Source: Eledone cirrhosa
Lineage: Eukaryota
NCBI GenBank assembly: GCA_964016885.1
Contig: OZ024740.1
Location: 401,822,001-401,886,000 of the forward strand
Length of the DNA stretch: 64,000 bases
Reading direction: 5' to 3'
Below, piece by piece: positions 14,985-30,748 of the stretch. Position numbers and translations under genes: made by a program. The stretch's first letter is position 1. The number at the start of each line of letters is the position of its first letter. Below the pieces are notes generated by a model. It was not told the origin of the DNA. It saw only the letters and a program-made list of their open reading frames with translations, and searched no databases.

Positions 14985-15586
14985 CACACACACACACACA
15001 CACACATACACACACACACATACACACACACACGTTATATATATATATATATATATATCTTACTAATTTATATATATGTATGTAATACATATGTATTTAC
15101 ACACATACAAACAGACGCACACACACTCACTCCCTCACGCACACATACACGCACATATATATATATATATGCATATATATGTACGTATATATGTGTTTTC
15201 TGTGTGTGTGTGGGGGGGGGGTGCGTGTGTGTACTTTTTCATCAGATAGCCAAGCGCCAGGAGACACATCAAAACACTTCACACACTATTGATTATTTTA
15301 GTCACCTTAAATGTTCTATATGCTTGTATTTCGTATGCATCTCCATAACTATATTACTCGCCAACCCTTGTATCAGTAACTCCCTCCAACAGTCAATGCT
15401 CTCCTCTATTCCCTGCCTCTCTTAGTTCCCCATTGTCGAGTTCCTTTGGGGACATTTCATAGAGTTTATTTTGATTTTCATTGACGTTTTTTTTTATCAA
15501 ATGCACAATCAGTTTACATACACACTCACACATAGAGTGAGAACACACATAGTCATATATATATACATACACATATATATATATAT

Positions 15587-15667
<81 letters not shown>

Positions 15668-15758
15668 TATATACATATATGTATATATGTATATATACAT
15701 ATATATATATACATATATAGACATGTATATATACATATATATATACATACATATATAT

Positions 15759-15827
<69 letters not shown>

Positions 15828-16127
15828 GAGAGAGAGAGAGATAGATAGATAGATAGATATATTCACATATATTTTCATTATTTTTATTTTCAACAGAAAT
15901 ATATGTGGGTAGTTAAAAACACATACATATAAGGTAAGTGTTGTGTGTTCATTTCCCACTGCATGTGTTTCAATATGACGACTTGCCGTTGTTGAGGTTG
16001 GCCTACACAATTACTTGCCTATAAAAATTGGGCGTAATTTTCACTTGATTGGCCAGAACATCCTGTAATTCTTCATATATGCGTATGTCTTTGTGTGTTG
16101 AAATACTTGCGTACGTTTACACACAGA

Positions 16128-16158
<31 letters not shown>

Positions 16159-16161
<3 letters not shown>

Positions 16162-16245
16162 CTCATCTATATTAAAACTTTTATACTCTGCTATGTATTG
16201 AGTACCTTACTTACTGTGGTTACCTCCGATTCAACCCGGAATAAC

Positions 16246-16246
<1 letters not shown>
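16159..16246 (+). mobile_element. Family C 3' fragment in (TA)n
   Basis: Matches the reverse complement of 62231-62318 and resembles 14849-14938. Confidence 0.85.
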
Positions 16247-16290
<44 letters not shown>

Positions 16291-16306
16291 GGTATATACA
16301 TATACC

Positions 16307-16394
<88 letters not shown>

Positions 16395-16410
16395 GGTATA
16401 TACATATACC

Positions 16411-16547
<137 letters not shown>

Positions 16548-16994
16548 TTATATATATATATATATATATAATCTGGCACTCCGTTGGTTGCGCCGACTAG
16601 TTTTCAGTCGATACAAACAAAGGAAGAACAGGCTCGTAAAATTAACTTACAATTGACTGAGGTTTCTACAAACAGGCGTAGCCTGGAGCATTGTGAAAGT
16701 AATTGTCTTGCTCAAAGACACAACACACCACCACGATTCGAACTCACGGGCTAATCATTCTAAGCGATGTGTATATGCGTTTGTGTGTAAATATTACAGT
16801 TAGCACAAAGTCTTAGTGGCATCTGGATTGGGAATATTTAGTCACTCGGAACGGTTGCGCCAAATCAATCCCAACATTTTTCGAAAATATCTGAAAAATA
16901 TCTTCTGTATTAGTCACCTTGCAATATTTCTAAAATGGCTGACTGAATACACACCTTTTCTTCAAAATAGGCTTTTGTCTTTTAGTTCTCGTTT

Positions 16995-17032
16995 ATCTTC
17001 TGATGAGCGGTTAATGTCCGAAGCGTAAAGAC
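16995..17032 (+). ncRNA. Degenerate hammerhead-like motif
   Basis: atctt-CTGATGA-gcggttaatgtcc-GAAGCG-TA-aagac; core and stem II are imperfect. Confidence 0.4.
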
Positions 17033-17662
17033 TCTTTTGTTACTATATAAAGACTTAAACTAATATATGTCTTTATTGTAGTGTGTTGTTTGCTTTTTTA
17101 TTTCCCTTAAAGTTTTACATACACACATACACGCACACATACATATATATACACATATATATATGGGGGGGGGGGGTATAAGGAACATGTGATTAAAGGA
17201 CGGCGGTGGAATTTGAAAATTGAATTGAATTTGTAACTATATCGAATTCTTTAATTGCAGAAAATATTCTGAAAATAAGTGGGTGTATAAGCGCCTAGAA
17301 GGGACAAACTATAGGCGTATGTATGTATTTGCATTCGTGTCTATATTTACGCTTGTTCATATGTCTGTGTATATGTTCGATGATAGTTGGAGCTCCAGCT
17401 CGATTGTGATCTAATGTCTGAAATCAGAATATATATATATATATATACAAATGAATATATGATAGGGATAAACACTGATACAAGTATACATGTGTTCGCA
17501 TTGCAAATGACCAAGTTAGCTAGATTGAAAAAATACTAATTAAAATAATACGGTTTGCCTGTCTTGATTTAAAATAATAAATCAATAAAAACAAACCTAT
17601 ATTGGCAATAGCCGTGATACCCGGACAAAAGTAAAAGGCTATTTCAGTTTATAACTCTATAT

Positions 17663-17727
<65 letters not shown>

Positions 17728-17731
<4 letters not shown>

Positions 17732-18177
17732 CGTTTTCAGTGTGCGCGGCCGACTGAACTCACTCGATATGCAAATTAGGCTGCTCAGTCGTTAATATGC
17801 ATAACCAAAGTATAAACTTTCAGACGTTCAACCATCTGACAGGAAGGTATACGATGCTGACGATAGCTAAGAAGCTTGAAACTAGTACATCGTTTCTGTG
17901 TCAGTGTTGAACAAAAAGGTGAAGTGGTTGCCTAAACACTGTACGGCGTAATTCGGACTGTTTGTTTGTTTACAAACAAACAAACCGAGCATTATAATAA
18001 ATGTTCGGTAAACCGATACGTGCATATATATATGTGTGCATGTGTGTATATATATACATACTACTGTACGTCTGTATACATATATGTATGTACGTATACA
18101 TACATACATACATACTTACATTTAAGTAAGTGCCGTATAAGAGTGTGAAATGAAATTTCGTTTCATTTTATTCCATT

Positions 18178-18178
<1 letters not shown>
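17728..18178 (+). mobile_element. Family I element (hammerhead plus low-complexity body and tail) in (TA)n
   Basis: The 3' part (tttgtttacaaac..gatacgtgcata..ctactgtacgtctgtatac..catttaagtaagtgcc..gaaatgaaatttcg) is shared with 56222-56599 and 52150-52280. Confidence 0.8.
17851..17893 (+). ncRNA. Minimal type I hammerhead ribozyme
   Basis: acgatg-CTGACGA-tagct aaga agctt-GAAA-ctag-TA-catcgt. Stem I is perfect and stem III is palindromic (ACTAGT). Confidence 0.88.
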
Positions 18179-18212
<34 letters not shown>

Positions 18213-18438
18213 GTTTGTGAGTGTGTGTCTATTTATCTATATATATATGACTATATTCATTCAACCCCCGCCCTAAATATTAGAGGGAAAGTTACAATCT
18301 AACGTTTGGCGGTTTTGTTGGTGGATATTTTCAAAGGACCTAATATTCAATCAACTTGTACTGTGTTGAAATAGCGATTCACAAGCCTGTGTCTATTACA
18401 TGTGCTTCTCAGAAACAACATAAATGAGACCACACACT

Positions 18439-18590
<152 letters not shown>

Positions 18591-18976
18591 TAGAGGACAT
18601 ACAGTTATTCAATGTAACAATTATAGATTATTAATGCTAGAACAGACAATAAAAGCTGTTGTAACAATACAACAATTGAGCAGAGTTTAAAAAGCAGGTT
18701 ATAAACATGTTAAATGTATAACAAGCAAGTTATTCTTGTGTTAATAATTATAATAAACATGAGTGACAACCTTTAATTTAACAATCTAATTAATTGATGC
18801 AATCAAAGCTCGACTATGTAGTGTTCACAACCACTACAGATTCGATCAATTATGATTCTTATTACTCTCCATACAATATCTCACATTTTATCAAACATAC
18901 TTTAATTCTTCCCTTTGTATATCTTTCCTGATCTCTCACTCACTCTCTACATCGATACTCCACCCTCTTCCTCTCT

Positions 18977-19012
<36 letters not shown>

Positions 19013-20559
19013 CTCTCTTTCTCTCTCTCTCTGCTTCTGTATATCTCTCCTTTTATTTAACCTTTTCTTATATTAGTGTATTTAAAACAAACATTCTTTC
19101 CCTCTTTCTTTCTATTTTTGTCATTATCTCTTTTGTTTCTCACAATCAACATTTCTATATTTCTGCCTTCACTTCTTTACACTGTCTTTATAACATGAGA
19201 CCTAGAGTCCGAGTAAATTGGTTAATTAGCTGTAAGGAGTGAACAGTTAACGTTTTCCATATTTCTCTATATTCAGAGAGAAAAGTATGTAACCGGTTTT
19301 ATTTAATATACATAAATTCTTGCATACGTACATACGCCATGCATAGCATTGCATGATCGTGGCATTTTCACTGATTCCTCGTCTTACCAATGGGTTGTTC
19401 ATTATTCAGATACATCAATATTTAATGCCTAAAACGAAGGAGCAATGAATTGATAACAAATGAACAACGAATCTAATATAGTATTCTATATTCCACCTTT
19501 ATTACACGCACATACACACACACTTATATATATATATATATATATGTGTGTATTGTGTATATAAGACAGTATGTAGATTATTCTCTCTGTCTCTCTCTGT
19601 ATATATATATATATATAGGTTTCAAATGCAGGTTTTCAAAAAACACATCTATGCTACAGTATACGTTTCCTATCTAATAATATATATATTATTCTTATTA
19701 CATGAAGAGATACTTCACTGTTGATTGATTGATGACGTACAGTTAGGAAGAGAAGCTCATACTTATATATAGAAACAAAACAATAAATACATGAATAAAT
19801 AGATAAAGGAATATATAAAATAATGATGGATATTTAGAAAGATAAATAGATAGATCACAACTTAATGTAACTCACCTGATTTCCCATCATAGCAAATTTA
19901 CCACTGCTGAACAAATATCCGGTAATATTCTTGTTATTTATCATAACGCAAATAGATATATCGAATGAAATGTTCATCTCCAATAACATAGCTCATACTA
20001 GCAAACAACATGGATAGCCTTTGTCATACATAACGTATCACACGGAAAAATCTGTCACATACATATGAATACATATCCTTGTGATTTCTTTATTTATTCC
20101 TTTATACATTTGATTATTTATTACTATATTACATCAGAAGTATTCTTCCTTGCTTATAGTCATATAATTCCGCCGATGACATTCATATTGTTATCTTCGA
20201 ATTTCCCCATCATTTGCATTGCGAGCACATAACACGTTGCAAATTTATGATTATTCTCTATTTTGCCACAAGAGCAACACAAATGCAATATATTAAGGAG
20301 CAATAACAATTCAAATAACAAGGACCAAAACACTATAAATATATGTGTGTTTATCTGCTTGTCTTATATTTATATATATATATGCATGTATGTATGTGTA
20401 TATATATATATATATATAAAGCGATGAAATGCCTACGACGGTTGGAAGGCCACTGATGAAGGACAGACTTTTTCATATGTAACCCATTTGCAACGCCGCA
20501 GCTCCATTATTATCATATATATATATATATATATGTGTGTGCGTGTTTATCTGCATGTT

Positions 20560-20702
<143 letters not shown>

Positions 20703-20869
20703 TGTGCATGTGTGTGTGTGAATATATATTTGTATAAAGGGTAAGTATAAAGATGTAAAGAACCACTTTGGTTACTAATGACCTAAGTATTTGCACCAAG
20801 AAAGTTCCTTCTGAAACACAAGCTCGAGAAAATTGTTCAGTAGAAGACTACCAGTCGCGCTGTTATACC

Positions 20870-21062
20870 GGCCTCCGCTCTCCATGCCACATATGTCAAA
20901 GGCCGATACAGCTTAACTTTTTGATGTCGCAGCTGAGAGAACAGGAGCAGCGTGAAACAAAGTTTCTTGCTTCACCTACACAAAGTATCACCCCGACCAG
21001 GAATCGAACTCACTACCTCATGCTTGTGAATTCAACTCTCTAACCACTAAGCCACATGTCTT
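20870..21062 (-). mobile_element. Diverged CORE-type tRNA-SINE
   Basis: Minus strand gtggcttagtggttagag..gagttcgattcc..agcaagaaactt.tttcacgctgctcc. Confidence 0.6.
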
Positions 21063-21367
21063 CCCACATGTATGTAGAGTATATGCTGAATTGACAGAGC
21101 ACTACTAACATTTGCATCATATATTATAAGCCACTACCGATTCTACAATTGAAATTGATCATAGGCAGAAAGCTCATATTTTGAGCAGGGGAACTGTCAA
21201 CTTAATCAGCTTCAATACTTGCTTGATAAATATATATTTTATCATCAATGTAGTTATTATGGGCTTTATTACCACTACCATCAACTTACTCATGGTTAAA
21301 TCATCACCCTCACCGTCAATGACACTATTACCATGATGAGTTTCAACATTGTCATAATAATAATAAT

Positions 21368-21563
21368 AATTTTTTCAACTTTTGGCACAAGGCCAGCAAT
21401 TAACTCAGTACATTATTGGTGTTTTATTTTATCGACCCTGTAAGGATGAAAGGCAAAGTTAACCTCGGCGGGGTTTGAACTGAGAGCGCAAAGGGCCACA
21501 ATTCTATGCTGCAAAGTATTGTGTCTGACGCTCTTCCGATACTGTACTGCCAATCCACCGCCC
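21368..21563 (-). mobile_element. tRNA-derived SINE, near full length
   Basis: Minus strand ggcggtggattggcagtacagtatcggaagagc (A box) ..gttcaaacc (B box) plus body. Confidence 0.85.
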
Positions 21564-23273
21564 TAAAAATAATAATAAGAATAAGAAAGTAATTATAATA
21601 TTAATAATGATGATGATGATGATGATGATGATGATGGTACTTATGTTTATGATTGTCATTATCTTCATCATCCATAACAACTGTACTATCAACCGTTGAG
21701 TTGTTCCTAAGCCGTAAAATATCTATTTAGAAACCTAATATGATAAAATAAAAATATATATGTAACACAATGAATTTACAGGAACTTTAAAATTTTCCCT
21801 ACTAATTGTATTATTGCTGCAATCTTAGTGGGATTATTATTTAACTAATGTTATTTCTATATCTTCCGTATCTTCTCTTGTTTCACCTGTTGTAGTTATT
21901 CATTTTCTGTTGTTGTAGTTGGGTAAAGTTATATTGTATATAACGATATTTTTTCATGGTAAATTATGTAAGGTATTTCTATGTATGTATTATGTGTGTA
22001 TGTATGTATTGTGGAATATGTGTGTATGTATTATGTGTGTATGTATTATGTGTGTATGTATGTATTGTGTGTATGAATGTATGAATATGTGTTTATAGTG
22101 TGTATGCATACAGGTATGTATGTATGTATGTATATATGTATGTATGCAGGTATGTATGTTTGTATATTCTGTCTTTCACTTAATTAATTTTGAATTAATT
22201 TTTGCCCGATCACCTTTCCGATGACAAGGAAATTGTCATCGACACTTGTGAAAACGTTCGTCCAGATATCGCGGCCATTTGTAACTTATCAATTGAGAAG
22301 CGACTTACATTCTTCAAAAACTTGGTTCAGTTATAATTTGGTCCAGGAGAGTTGGTATGTAACTTGTGGCTCCAATGCTGGCGGGTATGAAGGTGAATGT
22401 GTATCGTGGATACTGGATCTTCAAACACTTCCTCATTGGTCAATCAATAGATATCATCCTATCATATTTATTAAAATTGAGGATATTGCCTAGGTTTTCG
22501 TCATTTGGTGTCAGTTGATGCTTTTAGTAGTTTGTGAAGAAGGTATTTAGTTGGGGTTTCTTGTTCTGCATTGAATGGAGGTAGCCGTAAAAGAATCTAA
22601 ATATTTGTGATCATTCCTTGCCATATAGTTAGTGTGGTCATGGTGTTGTCTGTGGTTTTCCTTTCACGTACCCAGGTACAATCCACTAAGTGAACATTAC
22701 ACTTTTGTTGTAGACTTAGGCAGGGTTTTCTCTCATCTCTTTCTACAAGTTCATTAGCTATCATAATGATATTTTTGTGCTCATAAACCTGTGTCTAATA
22801 GTTACTGACCTTATACTATTCTGCTGAGGATATGCCTTCAGTGTTACAATATCATTTTTGAATGATTCTAATACATATTAATGACCGTTGTCACACATCA
22901 GATAAAAGAAGTAAAATTGCATTCCGAATGCCAAAGGGTAGGCCTGACACTTTTGACCACTGTATAAATTAGTCTACAACAAACGTTCCCATTACGACTG
23001 GTACTAATATTAAGTATATTAGCGCACGTGTCATTCTAAAGCACATAAAAATGAAAAGTAAAACAAAAATGATAATAAATAAAATTATATGAACAACATT
23101 TGCGAATTAAATAGCAAAATATGATGGTAAGTTGAATAAATAAATACTTATGAGATCTGAACTTAAAAGCATTCATGGGTAATGTTTACACAACGTGCAA
23201 TAAGATGCTTCTAAAACATTCACAATATATATGTATTCGCAAACCAGAAATACACACACATACACAGATATAA

Positions 23274-23406
<133 letters not shown>

Positions 23407-23536
23407 TATGGGGCGGAGGGAACAATATATATCATATAATACAATGCTACACATTCAACGCATTCAACAATATCTTTCCTAAGCAGATATATACACTCAT
23501 ATATATACATACGCACGCACACATATATATATATAT

Positions 23537-24682
23537 TCAAGAGAAGAAATTCCAAATCTGGAAGCAAAACCTGGAATATAAACATCTTAAAATCAACTTG
23601 GCAAATACCAGAGTCCTAATATCTAGAAAGGAAAAGAGGAGCCAGATTCTTTCTGGAAAATGTTTTCCCCTCAAAATGAAGTGTAGATTGTATGATGCGT
23701 CATACAAACTGCATGGTAATGACTCCTGGACGCTGTGTGCAGAGGATCTGAGAATATTGGAAAGTAATGAGGCTGGCATGCTTCGATGGATGTGTAATAC
23801 GAATGGTAAAGCATAAATGAACTGAGAGAGAAACTGGGCATAAAAGGGATCAGATACAGTGTGCAGGAGGGGAGAATGCGTTGGTATGATGCGTATGAAG
23901 GATGAAAGCTGTATAAATGTGTGCAGGTTGTTCAAAGTTGATAGAAACTATATAGTAGGAAAACCTCGGTAGACTTGTGATTAGATGATAGAAGCTGACA
24001 TTGCACAATTGCAGCTCTCGTAGGTGATGACACACGATCGAGATCTCATGCGTTATGCAGTAATAAAGAAGACCCTCCTTCTGATGTGCTCGGGTTAAAG
24101 CATACATGGAGTCTGCACCACTTTCTATTCCACCTACCCCTTCACTACACATCCCACATCATAACACTCCACCCACGTCTAAAAACTACACCCATGCCCT
24201 AATTCCACACCTTATCCATATCTCTACATCCAACGCTTCACCGGATAAGAGCAACACCCTAGATCTACCTCTCCAACCAATACGTACCTCACCAGCCCCT
24301 ACTCAACAATTTAAAGTAGTATTGCTGGTGCAACGTCAAAACGCACTCAGTCCAGACGGTAAAGTCTTCGTGTAGGTGTCAGGACAAAACGTGCCAAGTC
24401 CACACTATAAAATGGTCACATAGGTATCACGACAAAAAAAAAAAAAACGCCCTGCCACCACTTTAAAGTGCTCGTGTATGTGTCATGCCAAACAGAACCC
24501 AGCCCAAACTGTGAATGTGGTTGGAATTAGGAAGGGCATCTAGCTGTGGAAACCAAGTCAGAAACAGTTATGTATGAGGAAAACACGGTCATTTAATCAG
24601 GCTAGTCTCACAAAGTGACAACTCGTCTAACCCATGCTAGCTTGAAAAAAATGAACGTTAAACGGTGATGATGATGATGGTG
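23537..24682 (+). mobile_element. Decayed RTE-clade LINE with 3' end and (ATG)n tail
   Basis: FPLKMKCRLYDA..LHGNDSW..EDLRILESNEAGMLRWMCN..ELREKLGI..RMRWY. The 3' end ggaagggcatc..gtctaacccatgctagc..aacgttaaacg is followed by (tga)n. Confidence 0.75.
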
Positions 24683-24805
24683 ATATATATATGTATATAT
24701 ATATACACATACATACATACATACATACATACATACATACATACATACATACATACATACATACATACATACGTACGTACATACATACATACATACATAC
24801 ATACA

Positions 24806-24837
<32 letters not shown>

Positions 24838-25448
24838 CACATACATACATACATAGATGGTGGCTGCCAACTCGTTTTCGAGTACGGCCACTACATTATA
24901 TCCATGTAGGAGAAGCCCTACCGATTCGCTGAACGAGTGTGACTTTTTAGTCCAGCCAGCGACTTGAAAACTCTGGTACAAACACTACACTTGTGACAAT
25001 TATTGACACATAGTGCTGGGCTCATGGTACCATGTGACGACAAGTGCAGAGAGATCTCCAGATATAAAGCAATGCCTGTGCCGTGAAGCTTTTATAGTGA
25101 GCAAAGGCACTGCACAAAGCCAGTCCCACTCTCTTAACCAAGATGATATTTACCAAAAAGAAGAACAAGTCAACATCATTGGATACCATCAGGGTTGCAG
25201 GTGTTATATCAGAGTTTTCCTTCTCCTAGAATTCGGCCTTGACAAAGGCTAAGGGGTCATCTCTCCCGGTGATTTTGGATGGCCATTGACTCGTAAGAGT
25301 TCCTTTGCCCTTTGACAGGTTTTGTTTTTAGTCCTGCAGGATGTCCAAAGTCACCCTCCTCACCAAGAACTCTTGGTGGGGTTGCCAGTTTAGTCGCCAA
25401 CAACCCGACATAGATAAATACATACATATAATATATCATACATATACA

Positions 25449-25481
<33 letters not shown>

Positions 25482-25636
25482 CATACATACATATACATAC
25501 ATACATACTTACTTATACACATATACACATGCATACATATATACATACATACATACTTACACACACACATACATACATACATACATACATACATACATAC
25601 ATACATACATACATACATACATACATACATACATAC

Positions 25637-26014
25637 AGTTAGTAACTGCCTCAATACAAATCTTGAGAAGCTAGGCTTCACAGGAACAGAAAGAACACAA
25701 CTAGTTAGGAAATTACAAGTACAATCCATTATTGGAACAGTAAAAATATGTAAAACATTCCAAAAATGTTGCATCTAATAACTGCATATACACATGTACA
25801 GATACAAAGCATATACACATGCACACATACAACTCAAAACATCCACATCCACACATACAATAACATCCATATCTACACATGCATGCATGCAGACATACAT
25901 ACATATCTACCTAGTTGATGTTGTGTAAATTCCAATGAGAGAATCTTGTGTCTATGTTAGAAACCGACTCTCTCTCTATTGGTAAAACTTTGTGAAATTA
26001 TAAAACCAGAAGAA
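25637..26014 (+). mobile_element. R4/Dong-like non-LTR element 3' fragment inside (TACA)n
   Basis: VSNCLNTNLEKLGF..LVRKLQVQSIIGTVKICKTF resembles the C-terminal 'Q...L.GT..I.R..L' motif of R4-clade proteins. Flanked on both sides by (ATAC)n. Confidence 0.55.
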
Positions 26015-26072
26015 CATACATACATACATACATACATACATACATACATACATACATACATACATACATACA

Positions 26073-26105
<33 letters not shown>

Positions 26106-26565
26106 TTGCAGATTTCAGTATTTCCTTTAGTATTGCCACCCACAATGGAGTTTCTGCGAGATTAATTGATTATGTTTGATGCTAATAATAGTACCTTCAA
26201 ATTAGTTTTCATAATTTTAAAACGTGGTTATTAAATTGTAATATATAGCACTACAGCACCAAACGCTATACTACAGCTGCAATCACAACCTTACGCTGTC
26301 ATAATCGCAAAATAAAAAATAAACAATATATAAATCAACAGATAAAACAATACCATTAAATGGGAAAATATCATTTATTATCTTTTCCATATTTTATACG
26401 TGTCATTAAAAACATTTTCTTTCTCTCGTTTATTTCTAATTTATGTAATTAGGTACAGTTTTGTAAAGACATATACTAGTAAAATAACAACATGTAACAA
26501 TCATATATAATATATGAAATGGTCTCTGTCTCTCTTTCTCTCTCTCTGTTTCACATCTTTCTTCG

Positions 26566-26597
<32 letters not shown>

Positions 26598-26688
26598 TAG
26601 TACATTGTACGTTATTATTATTCGAATTAATATATTATATATATATATATAGATATATTATTATGTATATTATTAATATATATATACG

Positions 26689-27554
<866 letters not shown>

Positions 27555-27785
27555 GTAACAAGAATTGAAATACTAGAGTGTGTTGGAGTTAGATACCCTC
27601 TTCTTATTATAGAAATGACAGTAAAGGTATAGCTCAATGTAATTAAACAGAGCCGAAGAATTAAGAACATTTTTTTTTTTACTTGATAATTTTATCCGAT
27701 TATTTTCCTATGATTTAATCTATGTACACTCCATATTCTTCTGAGTTTTCGGCTTGTATTGGCTGATAGTGCTTCATATAGCTTT

Positions 27786-27833
27786 AATTGCCCTGATGAG
27801 TCCTTAACAGGACGAAACATTGTTGTCTAATAA
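27786..27833 (+). ncRNA. Degenerate hammerhead ribozyme
   Basis: CTGATGA-gtcc ttaaca ggac-GAAA-cattg-TT has canonical core and stems II/III; stem I pairs poorly. Confidence 0.6.
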
Positions 27834-27888
27834 AGACTTTTGATGTATTGAAGGCTTCTTTGGTTTATTTTCATAATATACATATATG

Positions 27889-27987
<99 letters not shown>

Positions 27988-29122
27988 GGATAGTACATTA
28001 TACGTTATTAATAATCGAATTAATACAGCTGTATCTTCGGGGCAAATGACTGAGTGCCTTCTCGTTTGGTACCTTCATGGTAAACAGCATTCAGACAGTA
28101 ACTAAACTTTTCTTAACCCAGGAATAATGCACTAATGCAGCCTAGTGCAGCTTTGGTCTGCACGGTGTGATTTGAAGGATATTTTTTTGTTATGTCTAGC
28201 AAATTCCTGAACTATAATAAAGGGTTTCTTTGTTGCCGTACGGACTCCTTTCTTAGGACATATTTTTTGTTAATAACTCCCCCCAAAAAACCGACGCGAG
28301 TTTATTGGTATGCAACACCTGTATTAAAACGCTTATATTTAGATTAAACTGCCCATCATAATTTCATCTCAGAATATATTATGTTTAAAACACCAACTTA
28401 CTAACAATGTTAGTTATTTTCCTAAATCCCATTGTTTTATTACTTTCAAATCTAATTGAAAATATAGAGACTTTTCTTTCAGGAATCTTGTAATGGAAGG
28501 TTTAAACATCATCTCTAATTGTTTAATATTGTAGCTTTTGTTGATATTGGTGTGTGTATGTATGTATATATATATATATGTAAAAGGTAATCCAGCTAGA
28601 GGTTAAGAGTACTCTGTGCCGAGGATAGTTTTAACGTACGGCGTTGTTTGACTCAACAAGAAGTTTTCTTAGTCGGGTTGCCAGTTTAAGAAAGTTCTTG
28701 GAGTAATAATAGAAAAAGAATGAAGAATAACATGGTCGGCTGTACAAAAGGGTTTATATACATATATTAACGATGTTGTTCACCTTTCCAAGAGGAAAAG
28801 TCGAATTGGTAGAGTTTGTTTCGGTTAATAGACTTGCTGGCCGTAATTATGATGTTCTACAATAAAATATATCGGATTAACAAACAGGTAGAGCTGTTTG
28901 CCTGTTGTATCATGCACATTTGCGAAACTAATTATAGTTTCGGATATGTGTACTATACAAACACAACAACAAGACTAAGAGTAGCAGATGTATTTTTTTT
29001 TTGTTTTTTTTTGCACCAAAGGCGTATAAAATATATCACCGCCATTATCACCATCATCGTTATCATCATCATCATTATCATCATAAATCAACATCATCAC
29101 CTTTTTTATCATCATCATTATT

Positions 29123-29388
29123 GGTCGATAAAATAAAGTACCAGTAATGTACTGGGTTTTGCTGGCCTTCTGCTTAAAGTATAAACAATTATTATCATTG
29201 CTTATTTTGACAGTATCGGTAGAGTGTCAAACACTATGCTTTGCAGCATAGAGTAATGGCCCTTTGCGTTCTGAGTTCAATTCCGCCGAGGTTAACTTTG
29301 CGTTTAATTTTTGCGGGGGCGATAAAATAAAGTACCAGTAATGTACTAGGTTATTGCTGGCTTTGTGCCTAAAGTAGAAACAATTATT
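29123..29388 (+). mobile_element. SINE fragment plus adjacent SINE copy
   Basis: Same family body twice (29123-29190 and 29208-29388). Confidence 0.8.
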
Positions 29389-29711
29389 ATTATTATTATT
29401 ATTATTATGCATTTATCTTGCTTTATGTTCATACGAGTTATCACCAAGTCACAACCAGTGACCTCAAGAGACAACAAGGTCCGCCATATTCAAGAAATAA
29501 CATACATACACACACATGCATCTTTAGTGTTTAGACATGTCATCATCATCATCATTAACGTCATTAACGTTAATAATCACAATGTTCCACACTTCTACGG
29601 TATTCGCGCTGTTCATTATTCATCGGTAATATTCGTTTCCAATGTTAACTTTATAACTATTTGTATGTGCACGGAGGAACTATTGTGTTGCGGGTATTAC
29701 TGTAGAGTATG

Positions 29712-29791
<80 letters not shown>

Positions 29792-29867
29792 ATATATATA
29801 TGTGTGTATATATATATATATGTGTGTATATATATAAATATATATATATGTGTGTGTATATATATAT

Positions 29868-29919
<52 letters not shown>

Positions 29920-29920
29920 T

Positions 29921-30061
<141 letters not shown>

Positions 30062-30086
30062 GTATATATATATATATATATATATT

Positions 30087-30147
<61 letters not shown>

Positions 30148-30176
30148 ATATATATATATGTATATATATATATATT

Positions 30177-30227
<51 letters not shown>

Positions 30228-30252
30228 ATGTGTGTGTATGTGTGTGTATGTG

Positions 30253-30302
<50 letters not shown>

Positions 30303-30594
30303 AAATGACTTCCGAAAGTATTAGTAAAATCTGTGAAATAGTGATATTCTGTGATCATAGTTGGCGTATGGGAAGCATTATCTCATGTACTTCTATTGTC
30401 AGAAATTGAATGTCCAGCTCTGTAGGAAACTAGGTATGATACTAGAGAGTTACAGTTTCTTTCCTCTCAAGGATATGGACTCGTATTCCTAGACATGACA
30501 TTTCATTCTCATTCAAATGGTCAATCTAAATAACCGTTGCTAGATATATAGAAAGAGGAGAAATAAAAGCTACAATAATCATGGGTGATAAAAT

Positions 30595-30748
30595 ATTGTT
30601 TCTACTTTTGGCACAAGGACAGCAACTACCCAGTACATTACTGGTACTTCATTTTACAAGATAACCGCGACGGGATTTGAACTCAGACTGTAAAGAGACG
30701 TAAATATGCTAGAAAGCATGGCATCCAACCCTCTACCGATACTGCCAG
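30595..30748 (-). mobile_element. SINE with internal deletion
   Basis: tttctacttttggcacaagg..gggatttgaactcaga..ctctaccgatactgcca. Confidence 0.75.

Noticed and set aside
20420-20510. CTGATGA(AGG) as a hammerhead; likewise 38586 (CTGACGA) and 40896 (CTGATGA)
   Set aside because: No properly placed GAAA or three-stem fold; at most decayed relics.
22945-22975. Possible Tc1 terminal repeat (minus strand tacagtggtcaaaagtg)
   Set aside because: No matching second TIR or clear transposase remnant found.
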